A stretch of 52,547 bases of DNA from Minisyncoccia bacterium (GCA_038212375.1 JBBQUO010000001.1:1-52547), one strand, 5' to 3'; counted from the stretch's first letter, positions 14,841 to 24,940 are shown. Program-made: numbers and translations. Notes: generated by a model from the sequence alone, not told the origin.

Positions 14841-14954
14841 TCCGTGATATAAAAGGGACCTCAGTATACAAAAAAAATATCAATATGCAAAGAAAATGCT
14901 ACTTTTCTATTCTGACAATAGTATACGAATACAGAAAAAAATGGTATAACAACT

Positions 14955-16181
14955 TTGACTCAAATGACAAAAAAAATAGTTAAAAAAAGAATATATCTTG
15001 ATTATGCTTCGACAACACCGGTAGATTCGGACGTGCTCAAAGCCATGATTCCTTACTTTTCTGATTCTTTCCAGAACCCTTCTGCTTTGTATACAGAAGG
15101 TGTAAAGATGGGGCGTGTATTACTTGAAGCACGCAAAAGCGTAGCAAAGGCACTATCTGCAAATATTGATGAAATTGTATTTACTGGAAGTGGTACTGAA
15201 GCAGATAATCTTGCAGTTCTCGGTGTATTCAAAGCTGCACAGAAAATAATTTCAAAACCTCACGTCATTATTTCCGCTATTGAGCATCCTGCAATTCTAG
15301 AGCTCGCATCCCAGATACAAAAAATGGGTGGTGAAGTAAGTATTGCTCCCGTAAGCGAAGACGGTCTTGTTGATCTCGAATATATTCGAAATCACCTAAA
15401 GTCTCGAACAGTTCTCATCTCTGTGATGTATGCAAACAATGAAGTCGGTACCATTCAGCCGATACGTGAGATTGCAAAACTCATTCGTCAGTATAAAAAA
15501 GCTCAAAGTCATAACCTAACAGCTAACACCTATCCCTACTTTCATACTGACGCATCTCAAGCTGCAAACTATTGCACGCTCAATGTACTTGAACTTCATA
15601 CCGACCTTCTCACGCTCGATGGTTCAAAAATTTATGGACCAAAGGGTGTCGGAGCTCTCTTTGTAAAGCGAGGTACTCATATTGATCCAGTAATGTTTGG
15701 TGGTGGGCAAGAAAAAGGCCTTCGGTCAGGTACTGAGTCCGTTCCGCTTATTGTTGGGTTTGCAAAAGCTCTTTCTGTCGCGGTACAAATGTGTGATGCA
15801 GAATCAAAGCGCCTTACAAAACTTCGTGATACGACTATTGATACGGTGTTGAAAAAGTTTCCCCACGCAATAGTAAATGGCCACAGAACTTTGAGACTTC
15901 CAAACAATATTAATATTTGTTTTGAAGGTACCGACGCAGAATTCGGAGTCATCCTTCTTGACGCTGAAGGATTTTGCGTCTCGACCGCAAGTTCATGCAG
16001 AACCTTGTCAGAAAATGTCCGTTCATACGTCTTAAAAGCAATGGGAATTGAGGAGTGCGCTCAATCAAGTATTCGTATTACGATCGGTAGGGGTACAAAG
16101 CCTAATGATCTCAAATCACTTATCGCAATCCTTCCTAAAGTAATACAGAAAGCAAAGATTTCGTTACATGTAGAGAGTTGA
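14955..16181 (+). CDS. Cysteine desulfurase (class V aminotransferase, NifS/IscS-like)
   Basis: 408 aa with IYLDYASTTP, GSGTEADN, HTDASQA and a PLP-lysine region LDGSKIYGPKG. TTG start at 14955, or ATG at 14964. Confidence 0.85.
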   Translation: MTQMTKKIVKKRIYLDYASTTPVDSDVLKAMIPYFSDSFQNPSALYTEGVKMGRVLLEARKSVAKALSANIDEIVFTGSGTEADNLAVLGVFKAAQKIISKPHVIISAIEHPAILELASQIQKMGGEVSIAPVSEDGLVDLEYIRNHLKSRTVLISVMYANNEVGTIQPIREIAKLIRQYKKAQSHNLTANTYPYFHTDASQAANYCTLNVLELHTDLLTLDGSKIYGPKGVGALFVKRGTHIDPVMFGGGQEKGLRSGTESVPLIVGFAKALSVAVQMCDAESKRLTKLRDTTIDTVLKKFPHAIVNGHRTLRLPNNINICFEGTDAEFGVILLDAEGFCVSTASSCRTLSENVRSYVLKAMGIEECAQSSIRITIGRGTKPNDLKSLIAILPKVIQKAKISLHVES

Positions 16182-16213
16182 AGTGACGTTCAGATGTATA
16201 GTAGAATAGACAC

Positions 16214-17038
16214 ATGGTAGAAGATCTCAACAAAACACAGCTTGTACTCCTGACTTTGCTCATTAGCTTTGTTACATCTATTGCGACAGGTATTATCACA
16301 TTCTCACTACTTCAGCAGGCGCCTCAGACCGTTACCCAAACCATTAACCGTGTGGTAGAACAAACAATCCAGCAAGTAAGCCCTTCACCATCAAATCCTA
16401 CACCGACTAAAGTAACAACCGTCGTTGTAAAGGAAGGGGACGAAATTATTAGCTCAATCAGCAAAAATACCGGAAGCATCGTAAGGATAAAAAATAATAA
16501 CGCAGCAGCTGACGCAGATCCGTTTTATAGTGTTGGAATTGTGCTTTCAAAAGCAGGACATATCGTAGCTCCTGTTTCTGATGGATTTAATCCGGGATTC
16601 GTATACAGCGCCACCTTCCCGGATGCGTCAGTTCATCAGCTCGCATATGTAGGTCAAGACAAAACAAATAAACTCGCTTTCTTCAAAGTTTCGCAAGAGC
16701 CAGGACAAGATGCTTTTAATGCGGGAGTCCCAGCGGTCTTTGCAGATGACGGTGCCAAGCTCGGTCAAACAGTGATTTTGGTAGAAGGGAAGGATAAAAA
16801 CGTTGTTTCAATCGGACATGTTTCAGATTTCACATATGGAGTAGGATCGGATTCAAAAGTGATTTCAGGACTAGAGACAGATATTGTGCCAAAAACAACA
16901 TCTAATGGAGGATTACTTCTCAATTTATCAGGGCAAATAGTCGGTTTTAGAAGTTCTCCATCTATGGCAACAAGCCTTCAAATTTATATTTCCTCAAACT
17001 TTGCAAAGGATACTGTCACGGAATTTATAAAAAAGTAG
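16214..17038 (+). CDS. Membrane-anchored trypsin-like (HtrA-fold) domain protein, probably non-catalytic
   Basis: N-terminal TM helix. Protease-fold blocks SIVRIKN, LAFFKV, GQTVILVEG and SNGGLLLNLSGQIVGF, where TSNGG replaces the GNSGG serine motif. Confidence 0.45.
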   Translation: MVEDLNKTQLVLLTLLISFVTSIATGIITFSLLQQAPQTVTQTINRVVEQTIQQVSPSPSNPTPTKVTTVVVKEGDEIISSISKNTGSIVRIKNNNAAADADPFYSVGIVLSKAGHIVAPVSDGFNPGFVYSATFPDASVHQLAYVGQDKTNKLAFFKVSQEPGQDAFNAGVPAVFADDGAKLGQTVILVEGKDKNVVSIGHVSDFTYGVGSDSKVISGLETDIVPKTTSNGGLLLNLSGQIVGFRSSPSMATSLQIYISSNFAKDTVTEFIKK

Positions 17039-17101
17039 GAATGTTACAGGGTTTTACGGTAGTTTGACTGACGACATTATTACTTGTAATGTATTACCTC
17101 T

Positions 17102-19801
17102 ATGCCACCATTTCAACAATTTACAACCAAAGCGAAAGAAGCAATTCGTAAGGCTCATGAGCTTGCTATTGAACGTGGACAGAATCATGTAAACCCACTC
17201 CATCTTCTCGCATCACTCATTTTGCAAGAAGAGAGTATGGTCGCATCCATCCTCGATCGACTCGATGTTGATACTATCCTTCTCACAGATTCACTGATCG
17301 AGTCTATTGAATCTCCAGACAATAACACTACGATGACTCCGTCGTATCAGATTTTCCTTACGCCAGAACTTGCTCAGATAATCGAAGCATCTATTAAGGT
17401 TGCAGAAGGGCTCGGAGATGAATTTGTTTCAACAGAGCACCTATTTCTTTCTGTTCTTGATACAGCTGGTCCTGCACGAGACCTTCTTTCAAAATTCAAA
17501 ATCGAACGAGCTCTCGTTGTCCGCACCATTGAAGAATTCAAAGCTACCAAAGAACATTCAGGTAAGGAATCCAAGAAACTTAAGTCAATTCTCAAATATA
17601 CTCGCTCACTTACAAAGCTCGCTGCACAAAATAAGCTCGATCCTGTGATCGGTCGTGATGATGAGATTTCTCGAATTATCCAAATCCTTTCTCGCCGTAC
17701 AAAAAATAATCCAATTCTCATTGGAGAAGCGGGGGTAGGAAAGACTGCAATTGTAGAGGGTCTCGCAAATCGTATGGCAAGTGGCAACGTACCAGAATCA
17801 CTTCGTGATAAGGATCTTGTGTCTCTCGATCTTGGACTTCTTATTGCAGGTACCAAGTACCGTGGAGAATTTGAAGAGCGCCTCAAAAACATTCTCAAAG
17901 AAATCGAACGTTCAGAAGGGAAGATTATTCTCTTTATTGATGAGATCCACACTATTGTTGGTGCGGGAGCAGCAGAAGGGTCTCTAGATGCATCGAATAT
18001 GCTGAAGCCCGCGCTTGCTCGAGGAGAGCTTCGTGCAATCGGTGCGACTACCTTGAAGGAATACCAGAAGCATATCGAAAAGGATCCTGCACTCACTCGT
18101 CGTTTCCAACCGGTATTTGTAAACGAACCATCTGAAGAAGATGCGGTTACGATTTTGCGCGGACTCAAAGAAAAGTATGAGCTCTATCACGGAGTGCGCA
18201 TTACCGACGATGCGATCGTATCTGCTGTCAGTCTTTCTTCACGGTATATTACCGACAGATTCTTGCCTGATAAGGCGGTAGATCTCATTGACGAAGCCGC
18301 GTCACATCTCAAAATCTCTCTCGAAAACATGCCGCCAATTCTCGAAGAGACCCATTCGAAAATCATGAAACTCGAAATCGAGAAAGAGGCACTTAAAAAT
18401 GAGGTAAGTGAAGGAAAAAATCCAAAGACGAAAGCTCGAGTAAAAGAAATTACTGAAGGAATTGCAGATCTGAAAGAAAAAACTTCTGAACTTGAGATGA
18501 AGTGGAAGAATGAGAAAGAAACCGTAAACGATATTAAATCCATCAAAAAAGATCTTGAAAGACTTCGACTCGAAGCAGAGTCTGCAGAGGCTCGAGCTGA
18601 CCTTTCTCTTGCTGCAGAGATTCGTTATGGCAAGATCCCGACTCTCGAACGTGATCTCGACGGAAAGAGCAAACGCCTCAAACGTCTTCAGAGTTCTCGC
18701 AGGATTTTGAAAGAAGAAATCACCGAACAAGATATTGCTGATATTGTGTCTCGTTGGACGGGAATTCCAGTTTCGCGCATGATGGAAGAAGAAGCAGAAA
18801 AGCTTTCTCGTATGGAGGAATTTCTCAAGCGTCGTATCGTTGGGCAAGAAGAGGCCGTGCAAAAGATATCAGACACCATCAAGCGCAGTCGCGCAGGGAT
18901 CTCAGACCCCAATCGACCAATTGGTTCATTTATCTTCCTTGGACCTACAGGAGTAGGAAAAACTGAACTTACGAAGGCTCTCACTGAATTTATGTTCGAT
19001 GACGAAAAGTCACTCATTAGAGTCGATATGTCAGAATATATGGAGAAACACTCAGTCAGTCGGCTCATTGGTGCACCTCCAGGATATGTCGGTCACGACG
19101 AAGGTGGATCGCTTACAGAGCTTGTCAGACACAGGCCGTATTCAGTGGTACTATTCGACGAAATAGAAAAAGCTCACCCAGAGGTGTTCAACATTCTTCT
19201 CCAGGTGCTCGACAACGGTCGCCTCACAGATTCAAAAGGACGAACAGTAAACTTCAAAAATACTGTTATTATTCTCACTTCAAATATTGGTGCGCAATTT
19301 ATCGACAAAATGGAGAAGATCGGCTTCGCTGAAGCTCGTGAGCAAAAGCATGATTACGAAGAAGCAAAGAGTAAAGTCATGGAAGCAGTGAAAGATAGCT
19401 TCAGACCAGAATTTCTCAATCGCCTCGACGATATTATCCTTTTTAATATTCTCTCACCAGAAGCTGTCCATAATATTGTGAAGATACAAGTGGACGAAGT
19501 GGTGAAGCGTTTACTCGATAAAGAAATTACACTCGAGGTTACATCTGAGGTGTATGCATATCTTGCAAAGGAAGGGTACAACCCTCAGTACGGTGCACGT
19601 CCGCTCAAGCGCCTTATTCAAAACAAGATCCTCACACCAGTTGCATCGATGATGATATCAAAGAATGTGGTAAAGGGCGGCACTATTTCTGTGGGACTTA
19701 AAAATAACGAACTGACCTTTGAAGTAAAGAAAGGGAGAAAGGGAAGTCTCTGGACTGAAAGCATGATTGATACAAAGGGGGGAGGGGTGAAGAGTAAGTA
19801 A
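17102..19801 (+). CDS. clpB: ATP-dependent chaperone ClpB
   Basis: 899 aa with Clp-N repeats, two AAA+ modules ([18 protein letters not shown]) and a long middle coiled coil. Confidence 0.95.
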   Translation: MPPFQQFTTKAKEAIRKAHELAIERGQNHVNPLHLLASLILQEESMVASILDRLDVDTILLTDSLIESIESPDNNTTMTPSYQIFLTPELAQIIEASIKVAEGLGDEFVSTEHLFLSVLDTAGPARDLLSKFKIERALVVRTIEEFKATKEHSGKESKKLKSILKYTRSLTKLAAQNKLDPVIGRDDEISRIIQILSRRTKNNPILIGEAGVGKTAIVEGLANRMASGNVPESLRDKDLVSLDLGLLIAGTKYRGEFEERLKNILKEIERSEGKIILFIDEIHTIVGAGAAEGSLDASNMLKPALARGELRAIGATTLKEYQKHIEKDPALTRRFQPVFVNEPSEEDAVTILRGLKEKYELYHGVRITDDAIVSAVSLSSRYITDRFLPDKAVDLIDEAASHLKISLENMPPILEETHSKIMKLEIEKEALKNEVSEGKNPKTKARVKEITEGIADLKEKTSELEMKWKNEKETVNDIKSIKKDLERLRLEAESAEARADLSLAAEIRYGKIPTLERDLDGKSKRLKRLQSSRRILKEEITEQDIADIVSRWTGIPVSRMMEEEAEKLSRMEEFLKRRIVGQEEAVQKISDTIKRSRAGISDPNRPIGSFIFLGPTGVGKTELTKALTEFMFDDEKSLIRVDMSEYMEKHSVSRLIGAPPGYVGHDEGGSLTELVRHRPYSVVLFDEIEKAHPEVFNILLQVLDNGRLTDSKGRTVNFKNTVIILTSNIGAQFIDKMEKIGFAEAREQKHDYEEAKSKVMEAVKDSFRPEFLNRLDDIILFNILSPEAVHNIVKIQVDEVVKRLLDKEITLEVTSEVYAYLAKEGYNPQYGARPLKRLIQNKILTPVASMMISKNVVKGGTISVGLKNNELTFEVKKGRKGSLWTESMIDTKGGGVKSK

Positions 19802-19804
19802 AAA

Positions 19805-19828
19805 AGTAGCCCTCGACTGAAGGCTACT
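19805..19828 (+). terminator. Terminator after clpB
   Basis: agtagcc / ctcgactgaa / ggctact, followed by tttgc. Confidence 0.55.
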
Positions 19829-19894
19829 TTTGCTTAGGTGCTTGGGAAGGAATTTCTCATCTTACAGGAGCTGTAGAGGTTTCGTATCGATCAA

Positions 19895-20031
19895 AAGTAT
19901 TTTTCTGCTGAAAAATCTTTCAGCCCTACCTCGGCTCGACAGCCTCCGGTCTTGCGAAAGCTCCAAGTATTCGCTTTCTCACTCACTACGTTCTGTGCGA
20001 TACGCTCAATTTTTTCGAATCCTTCCCGCAA
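19895..20031 (+). repeat. Degenerate tRNA-like repeat unit (plus sense), convergent with tRNA-Tyr
   Basis: 19895-19918 matches 10475-10498. 19974-20012 aligns with the reverse complement of 9600-9650 (shared CGTTCYGTGCGATA core). 20014-20028 (TTCGAATCCTTCCCG) is an exact 15-nt copy of the tRNA-Tyr T-loop/acceptor on the opposite strand. Confidence 0.7.
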
Positions 20032-20051
20032 AGCTTTTCTTTGTTTCGGGC

Positions 20052-20093
20052 CACATACAAAAAAGAACCCAGAAGGGTTCTTTTTTGTATGTG
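20052..20093 (-). terminator. 19-bp perfect hairpin abutting the tRNA-Tyr 3' end
   Basis: cacatacaaaaaagaaccc / agaa / gggttcttttttgtatgtg. Confidence 0.75.
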
Positions 20094-20176
20094 TGCGCCG
20101 GGAAGGATTCGAACCTTCGTAGGCCGAAGCCGAGAGATTTACAGTCTCTTGTAATTGACCACTCTACCACCGACGC
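20094..20176 (-). tRNA. tRNA-Tyr (anticodon GTA), long variable arm
   Basis: GCGTCGG/CCGGCGC acceptor (one G-U), AGAGA-CTGTAAA-TCTCT anticodon arm, GAAGG-TTCGAAT-CCTTC T-arm. 83 nt. Confidence 0.9.
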
Positions 20177-20297
20177 AATGGAGTCATTCTAACGGAAAAT
20201 GGCTTTTTATCAAGTCCCATCTACGGGATCTCAAAAAGGCAAATTTCACTATTTTTGACTTGCTTTCCTTGCTCAATATGCTATCCTCATAACCACT

Positions 20298-20453
20298 ATG
20301 TCACAGGATAATCTCATCATGCTGCGTAATAAGGACTCAGGAGAGGTCTATTTTACTCGCAAAAATAAGCGTAAAGTTGAGCGCAAAATCGAGCTTAAGA
20401 AGTATAGTAAGAAGCTCAGAAAGCGAGTGACTTTCAAAGAAGCAAAGAAGTAA
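20298..20453 (+). CDS. rpmG: 50S ribosomal protein L33 (51 aa, below the ORF-track cutoff)
   Basis: Manual translation MSQDNLIMLRNKDSGEVYFTRKNKRKVERKIELKKYSKKLRKRVTFKEAKK. It has the L33 signature Y.T.KNKR....klElkKY...lrkh..hkE.K and is the Cys-less form. Confidence 0.85.
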   Translation: MSQDNLIMLRNKDSGEVYFTRKNKRKVERKIELKKYSKKLRKRVTFKEAKK

Positions 20454-20454
20454 C

Positions 20455-20480
20455 AAAAAATCGGCTGATGCCGGTTTTTT
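20455..20480 (+). terminator. Terminator after rpmG
   Basis: aaaaaatcggc / tgat / gccggtttttt. Confidence 0.7.
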
Positions 20481-20516
20481 GCTACAAAAGAATCGGTTCC
20501 TTTGCACTTTGTGGCT

Positions 20517-20531
20517 TTCGATTCCTTCATC
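20517..20531 (+). repeat. Opposite-strand exact copy of the tRNA-Trp T-loop/acceptor 3' segment
   Basis: TTCGATTCCTTCATC matches the tRNA-Trp sense sequence over 15 nt, 54 nt beyond the tRNA 3' end. Confidence 0.8.
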
Positions 20532-20544
20532 CTCTTTAATGCAC

Positions 20545-20580
20545 CAAAACAAAACAGTCTTAAAAGACTGTTTTGTTTTG
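20545..20580 (-). terminator. Terminator hairpin after tRNA-Trp
   Basis: Arms caaaacaaaacagtctt and aagactgttttgttttg are complementary. Confidence 0.7.
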
Positions 20581-20585
20581 TGTTG

Positions 20586-20656
20586 CGGGCGATGAAGGAA
20601 TCGAACCCTCACCAGTGCTTTTGGAGAGCGCTGTTCTACCATTAAACTAATCGCCC
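20586..20656 (-). tRNA. tRNA-Trp (anticodon CCA)
   Basis: GGGCGAT/ATCGCCC acceptor, CTCCAAA anticodon loop (the stem has one C-A mismatch), GAGGG-TTCGATT-CCTTC T-arm. 71 nt. Confidence 0.8.
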
Positions 20657-20668
20657 AGTACAGGCATC

Positions 20669-21610
20669 CTAGCAGATTTTCTGATTCCTTGAAAGTTGCT
20701 TTTTTAGGAACTTTTTTACTAAAGTTTCAATTTTTTTATTGCTAGTTGTAAGGCTAGGGTCAAACCAATGAATTTCTTTGTTCGCCTTGAACCATGTCTT
20801 TTGGCGTTTTACATATTGCCATATTGCACGTTCCAAATCTTCAATCAATTTTTCTTTGGAAATCATGTTTTGAAGATGCTGTGCTATAAATCGGTATTCG
20901 AGTCCGAGTTCGTTCATGCGCTTCCATGAGACACCACCACTATGAAGTTTTTGTACCTCAAGGATCATCCCTTTTTTGATACGAGCAAGGAGGCGAGTGT
21001 GGATCAACTTTTTAAGTACGTCATCCTTCGGTAACAAACCGATATACAAGTTTTCAGTTTTTGATTGTTTGTTGTTTGTCAGTTTTGGAACTTTACCCAG
21101 CGACTCAATAATCTCAAGTGCTCGGATGAGTCTGACTTTGTTTTTGCTATCTATTATTTTTGATCTGGCAGAATCGAGCTTTTGAAGTTTTTTGAATAGT
21201 GCCTCTGTGCTTTCTTTTTCTAACGCTTTTCGTAGCTTTGGATTCGGCGCTACTTGAGGTAGGGAAGTATTACCCAGTAGACTATCGACATAAAATCCAG
21301 TGCCACCGACAATGATAGGAAGTTTTCGTGTTTGTAATATGTTCTCGAGAGCGATCGTTCCATACTTTCGAAAATCATCAGCGCTGAAGGTTTTTTTTGG
21401 GTCTAGAATATCGAGTAGATGATGAGGGATACCTCGCATTTCTTTTTTGGTAATTTTCCCTGTCCCGATATCCATACCTTTGTATACTTGTCTTGAGTCA
21501 GCAGAAATAACCTCGCCATCAAATATTTTTGCGAGGTGTACTCCCAGACCACTTTTGCCAGATGCAGTGGGGCCGACTACGATGAGGATTTTAGGTTTCT
21601 GCACGGGCAT
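20669..21610 (-). CDS. miaA: tRNA dimethylallyltransferase
   Basis: Start at MPVQKPKILIVVGPTASGKSGLG (P-loop), then ISADSRQVYKGMDIGTGK and IPHHLLD. Confidence 0.9.
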   Translation of the reverse strand: MPVQKPKILIVVGPTASGKSGLGVHLAKIFDGEVISADSRQVYKGMDIGTGKITKKEMRGIPHHLLDILDPKKTFSADDFRKYGTIALENILQTRKLPIIVGGTGFYVDSLLGNTSLPQVAPNPKLRKALEKESTEALFKKLQKLDSARSKIIDSKNKVRLIRALEIIESLGKVPKLTNNKQSKTENLYIGLLPKDDVLKKLIHTRLLARIKKGMILEVQKLHSGGVSWKRMNELGLEYRFIAQHLQNMISKEKLIEDLERAIWQYVKRQKTWFKANKEIHWFDPSLTTSNKKIETLVKKFLKKQLSRNQKIC

Positions 21611-21658
21611 TAGTAATATCATTCTGTATAAAAAATACAACGCCGCAAGGAAATCTCC

Positions 21659-22123
21659 TTACGGCGTTTGATGCTCGTGCACGTTTCTCCAAACAGCATT
21701 AAGCAGTTTTTCTTTCGCAACCTCTCGGTGATCAATCAAGAATCCATCTCCGTACAAACCTTGTTGAGGGGTTTGCATACAGCAACGTTCTCCAGAGGAG
21801 CCTCTCCGCATCTGCTTGTCGACGAAGGTGTCTATCTCTGCATAGCAGAAGTAGCGAGTGTGGTCGCCTTTGTCTTCTGCAATTGTTTCGATAATTGCAT
21901 CGACAGTGATGATGTAACCCGTTTCCTCCCGAAGCTCCCGCACCGCACATTCTTGTGGGGTTTCTGGACAGAGTACATCATTCTTCATGATGTATTTAAG
22001 TTTGCCTCCAGGGAAGCGCTTGAGGAGCTTGTAGGGTCTTCCGCCCATAACATAGGGAATGTACCCCAAATCGAGGGAGAGAGCCATAATAATAGAGGCT
22101 CCTAAGTCATGTAACCGACCCAT
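21659..22123 (-). CDS. NUDIX hydrolase
   Basis: Nudix box GGKLK...PQECAVRELREETGY. Confidence 0.75.
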   Translation of the reverse strand: MGRLHDLGASIIMALSLDLGYIPYVMGGRPYKLLKRFPGGKLKYIMKNDVLCPETPQECAVRELREETGYIITVDAIIETIAEDKGDHTRYFCYAEIDTFVDKQMRRGSSGERCCMQTPQQGLYGDGFLIDHREVAKEKLLNAVWRNVHEHQTP

Positions 22124-22279
22124 GGTGCCTCTGAGGTAATGTGTGAAATAACGTCCAAAAGTGACTATAGCATGTTTTATTATTTTGTCAAATATAGTGG
22201 GATAGAATGAAAAAGATAATCGAGTTCTTGTTTGAATAGAGTTTTTGAGGTACTTTGTACTAGTGTTTTATAGATTCTT

Positions 22280-22360
22280 GCCGGAGTGGCGGAATGGTAT
22301 ACGCGAACGACTCAAAATCGTTTGTCGAAAGGCATGGAGGTTCGAGTCCTCTCTCCGGCA
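22280..22360 (+). tRNA. tRNA-Leu (anticodon CAA)
   Basis: GCCGGAG/CTCCGGC acceptor, AACGA-CTCAAAA-TCGTT anticodon arm, 13-nt variable arm, GGAGG-TTCGAGT-CCTCT T-arm. Confidence 0.9.
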
Positions 22361-22364
22361 CAAT

Positions 22365-22388
22365 AAAACTGCGCAAAGGCAGTTTTTT
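22365..22388 (+). terminator. Terminator after tRNA-Leu(CAA)
   Basis: aaaactgc / gcaaag / gcagtttt, followed by tt. Confidence 0.65.
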
Positions 22389-22420
22389 GTTACCTCGTTG
22401 TTGTATGTTAGAATTTTCTC

Positions 22421-23434
22421 ATGTCACAATTTTATAACGATTCTATTTTCTGGATTGAGGTAGACAAGATCGAACCAAACCCATATCAACCGCGCAAAGA
22501 ATTCAGTCAGCCTGAGCTTCAAAGTCTTGCTGATTCTATTCGTCAGTATGGTGTTCTTCAAGCCCTGGTAGTTACTCGGAAAGAGTTCCAAAAAGAGGAT
22601 GGAGGTCTTGGTGTAAAATATGAACTTATAGCTGGAGAGCGCAGACTAAGAGCATCAAAGCTTGCTGGGCTGCTGCAGGTTCCTGTGCTCATCAAGACAG
22701 GCGAAGGTGAGGATAATGATCTGATGAAGCTTGAGCTTGCGATAATCGAGAATATTCAGCGCCAAGATCTCAATGCGGTTGATCGTGCATATGCATTCGA
22801 GCGTCTTGCAAAAGAATTTGGATTCAAGCATCACACCATTGCTGCAAAAGTAGGTAAGAGTCGTGAGTACGTTTCAAACACTCTCCGAATTCTGATGCTT
22901 CCTCCCGATATTTTAGAGTCGCTCTCTGCAGGTAAAATTTCTGAAGGTCATGCGAGGCCACTTATGATGCTCAATGACAGACCCGAAGAGCAGGTGGTGC
23001 TCTTTAAGGATATAACAACTAAAAAACTTTCAGTGCGTGAAGCAGAGCGTCTTGCTCGGTATATTGCATACGATAAAGTGCGTAAGAAAGAATATCAGTT
23101 TGATCCTGCAATTACTGATATAGAGGAAAAGCTTCGTGAAACTCTCGGTACTCGTGTTCAGATTGAACGAAGACAAGTTGGAGGTAAGGTTATGATTGAT
23201 TTTTTCAACAACGAAGATCTTCAGGCGCTTCTCGATATCATTCAAAAAAACCAGCTTGCGTCGCCTGAAGGAATGAACTCTTCAGAGAGTGGGGTTACAA
23301 TAAGTGCTGAAAATCAAATGGAATCTGCACCAGAAGATACTCACCAAAATTCCCTCGATGACCGCACTCCAGAAGAGAAATTGATAGATGAACAAGAGGA
23401 AGATATGTACTCTGTCAGTAATTTTTCTATTTAA
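22421..23434 (+). CDS. parB: ParB/Spo0J family partition protein (no adjacent parA)
   Basis: IEVDKIEPNPYQPRKEF, LADSIRQYGVLQALVV and GERRLRASKLAG boxes. Acidic C-terminal tail. Confidence 0.9.
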   Translation: MSQFYNDSIFWIEVDKIEPNPYQPRKEFSQPELQSLADSIRQYGVLQALVVTRKEFQKEDGGLGVKYELIAGERRLRASKLAGLLQVPVLIKTGEGEDNDLMKLELAIIENIQRQDLNAVDRAYAFERLAKEFGFKHHTIAAKVGKSREYVSNTLRILMLPPDILESLSAGKISEGHARPLMMLNDRPEEQVVLFKDITTKKLSVREAERLARYIAYDKVRKKEYQFDPAITDIEEKLRETLGTRVQIERRQVGGKVMIDFFNNEDLQALLDIIQKNQLASPEGMNSSESGVTISAENQMESAPEDTHQNSLDDRTPEEKLIDEQEEDMYSVSNFSI

Positions 23435-24940
23435 TTAGAAGAGTTTCTTTTTGAGCTTTTGAATGGTTGATCGGATGTTTCGCTTTGCCGAACTTGTCTT
23501 AGCATATTCGAGCCACTTTTCACTTGGCTTACTCGATGTCCGTGTGATGATTTCTACGATATCTCCATTATGAAGTTCTGTATCGAGTGACACCATTTTT
23601 TTGTTTATTTTTGCTCCTGAAATGTGGTTACCAATATCTGAATGTATTGAATATGCGAAATCAATAGGTGTCGATCCAGTTGGAAGGTCAACTACATCGC
23701 CTTTTGGAGAGAATACGAAAATGCGATATTGAAAGAAGTCTTGTTCCAGATCTTCTCTAAATGTTTCCGTCTTGCCATCACTATGATGGAGTGCAAGGTC
23801 TTCAATCCATCTTGGCACATCACTTTTTTGTGAGGTAGTACTGTCGTCAGTACCTAAGGTATTTCTCTGGGGAAGGAGTTTTGCAACCCAGGCTAAGTTG
23901 CGATCCTCCACTTTGCCTTTATAAGAAATATGCGAGGCTATACCGTACTCAGAGTGCTGATACATGTCCTCCGTTTTGATTTGTACTTCTACTACATTTC
24001 CGTCACCAGTGAAGACTGTGGTATGAAGTGCTTGATATCCATTGGGTTTTGGAAAGGCGATATAGTCTTTGATTCTTCCAGGGAGTGGACGCCATGAACC
24101 ATGTATTACTCCGAGTGCACGATAGCAGTCTGCTACACTCGCTACAATAATGCGGAGCGCAAGCATGTCATGGATTTCTTCGAGATGAATTTTTTTGGTC
24201 TGTGTCTTTTTGTAGAGACTCCAGAGTCCTTTTACTCTATATTCTGTGCGACTATAGAGTACCCCGTCTTTTGCAAGTGCTTTTTTGATCGATTTAAGAA
24301 ACTTCTCAAGACTCTCTACATTTTCATCGTATTGGCGTTTTACTTCACTTTGAAGTTTCTCGTATTCTTTTGGATGCACGTACGGGAATGATAGATCCTC
24401 AAGTTCACGAGAAATCTTGCGGATACCGAGGCGATATGCAGTAGGTGCATAAATTTCGAGCGTTTCCCCCGCGATTCTTTTTTGTTTTTCGCTTGGAACA
24501 AACGAAAGAGTTCGAATGTTATGAAGTCTGTCGGCAAGTTTAATCATAAGCACTCTGATATCTTGTGATGTTGCGATAAAGAGTTTGCGCAAACTTTCGT
24601 TATGACGATCAACGCCATGGTATTTTAATTTTCCGAGCTTGGTTACACCTTCGACAAGAAATAGAATCTCTTCACCGAATTCTTGTCTAATTGTGTTTGT
24701 AGAAATCATCATATCTTCGATGCTGTCGTGAAGAAGTCCAGCAGCGATTGTGGTCGCTCCCATGCCGTATTCTGCCAGTATCTTGGCTACTTCGGACAGG
24801 TGGTTAAAATAGGGTTCACCAGACATGCGCTTGTGCGTTTTGTGAGCTTCCTGCGCAAATTCATAAGCGCGAGTAATAAGTGCCTCGTCAGCAGGGGTAA
24901 GGGGCTCTATGAGGCGGATAATATCTCTAAGGGTAGCCAT
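23435..24940 (-). CDS. rel: Bifunctional (p)ppGpp synthetase/hydrolase (RelA/SpoT homologue; HD + synthetase + TGS, no ACT)
   Basis: HD motif LLHDSIEDM. Synthetase block RVKGLWSLYKK..ALRIIV..DYIAFPKPNGYQALHTTV. TGS block IFVFSPKGDVVDLPTGSTPIDFAYSIH. Confidence 0.9.
   Translation of the reverse strand: MATLRDIIRLIEPLTPADEALITRAYEFAQEAHKTHKRMSGEPYFNHLSEVAKILAEYGMGATTIAAGLLHDSIEDMMISTNTIRQEFGEEILFLVEGVTKLGKLKYHGVDRHNESLRKLFIATSQDIRVLMIKLADRLHNIRTLSFVPSEKQKRIAGETLEIYAPTAYRLGIRKISRELEDLSFPYVHPKEYEKLQSEVKRQYDENVESLEKFLKSIKKALAKDGVLYSRTEYRVKGLWSLYKKTQTKKIHLEEIHDMLALRIIVASVADCYRALGVIHGSWRPLPGRIKDYIAFPKPNGYQALHTTVFTGDGNVVEVQIKTEDMYQHSEYGIASHISYKGKVEDRNLAWVAKLLPQRNTLGTDDSTTSQKSDVPRWIEDLALHHSDGKTETFREDLEQDFFQYRIFVFSPKGDVVDLPTGSTPIDFAYSIHSDIGNHISGAKINKKMVSLDTELHNGDIVEIITRTSSKPSEKWLEYAKTSSAKRNIRSTIQKLKKKLF

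Noticed and set aside
17374-19581. Several long minus-strand ORFs (17374-18168, 18187-18546, 18302-18862, 18688-19068, 19354-19581) and short plus-strand ORFs inside clpB
   Set aside because: They lie antisense to or out of frame with an unambiguous 899-aa ClpB. Their translations are low-complexity, S/R/F-rich shadow sequence with no motifs.
19830-20642. ORFs 19830-20192 (plus strand), 20337-20642 and 20348-20530 (minus strand)
   Set aside because: They overlap tRNA-Tyr, rpmG (antisense) and tRNA-Trp. The real features there are the tRNAs, L33 and the terminators.
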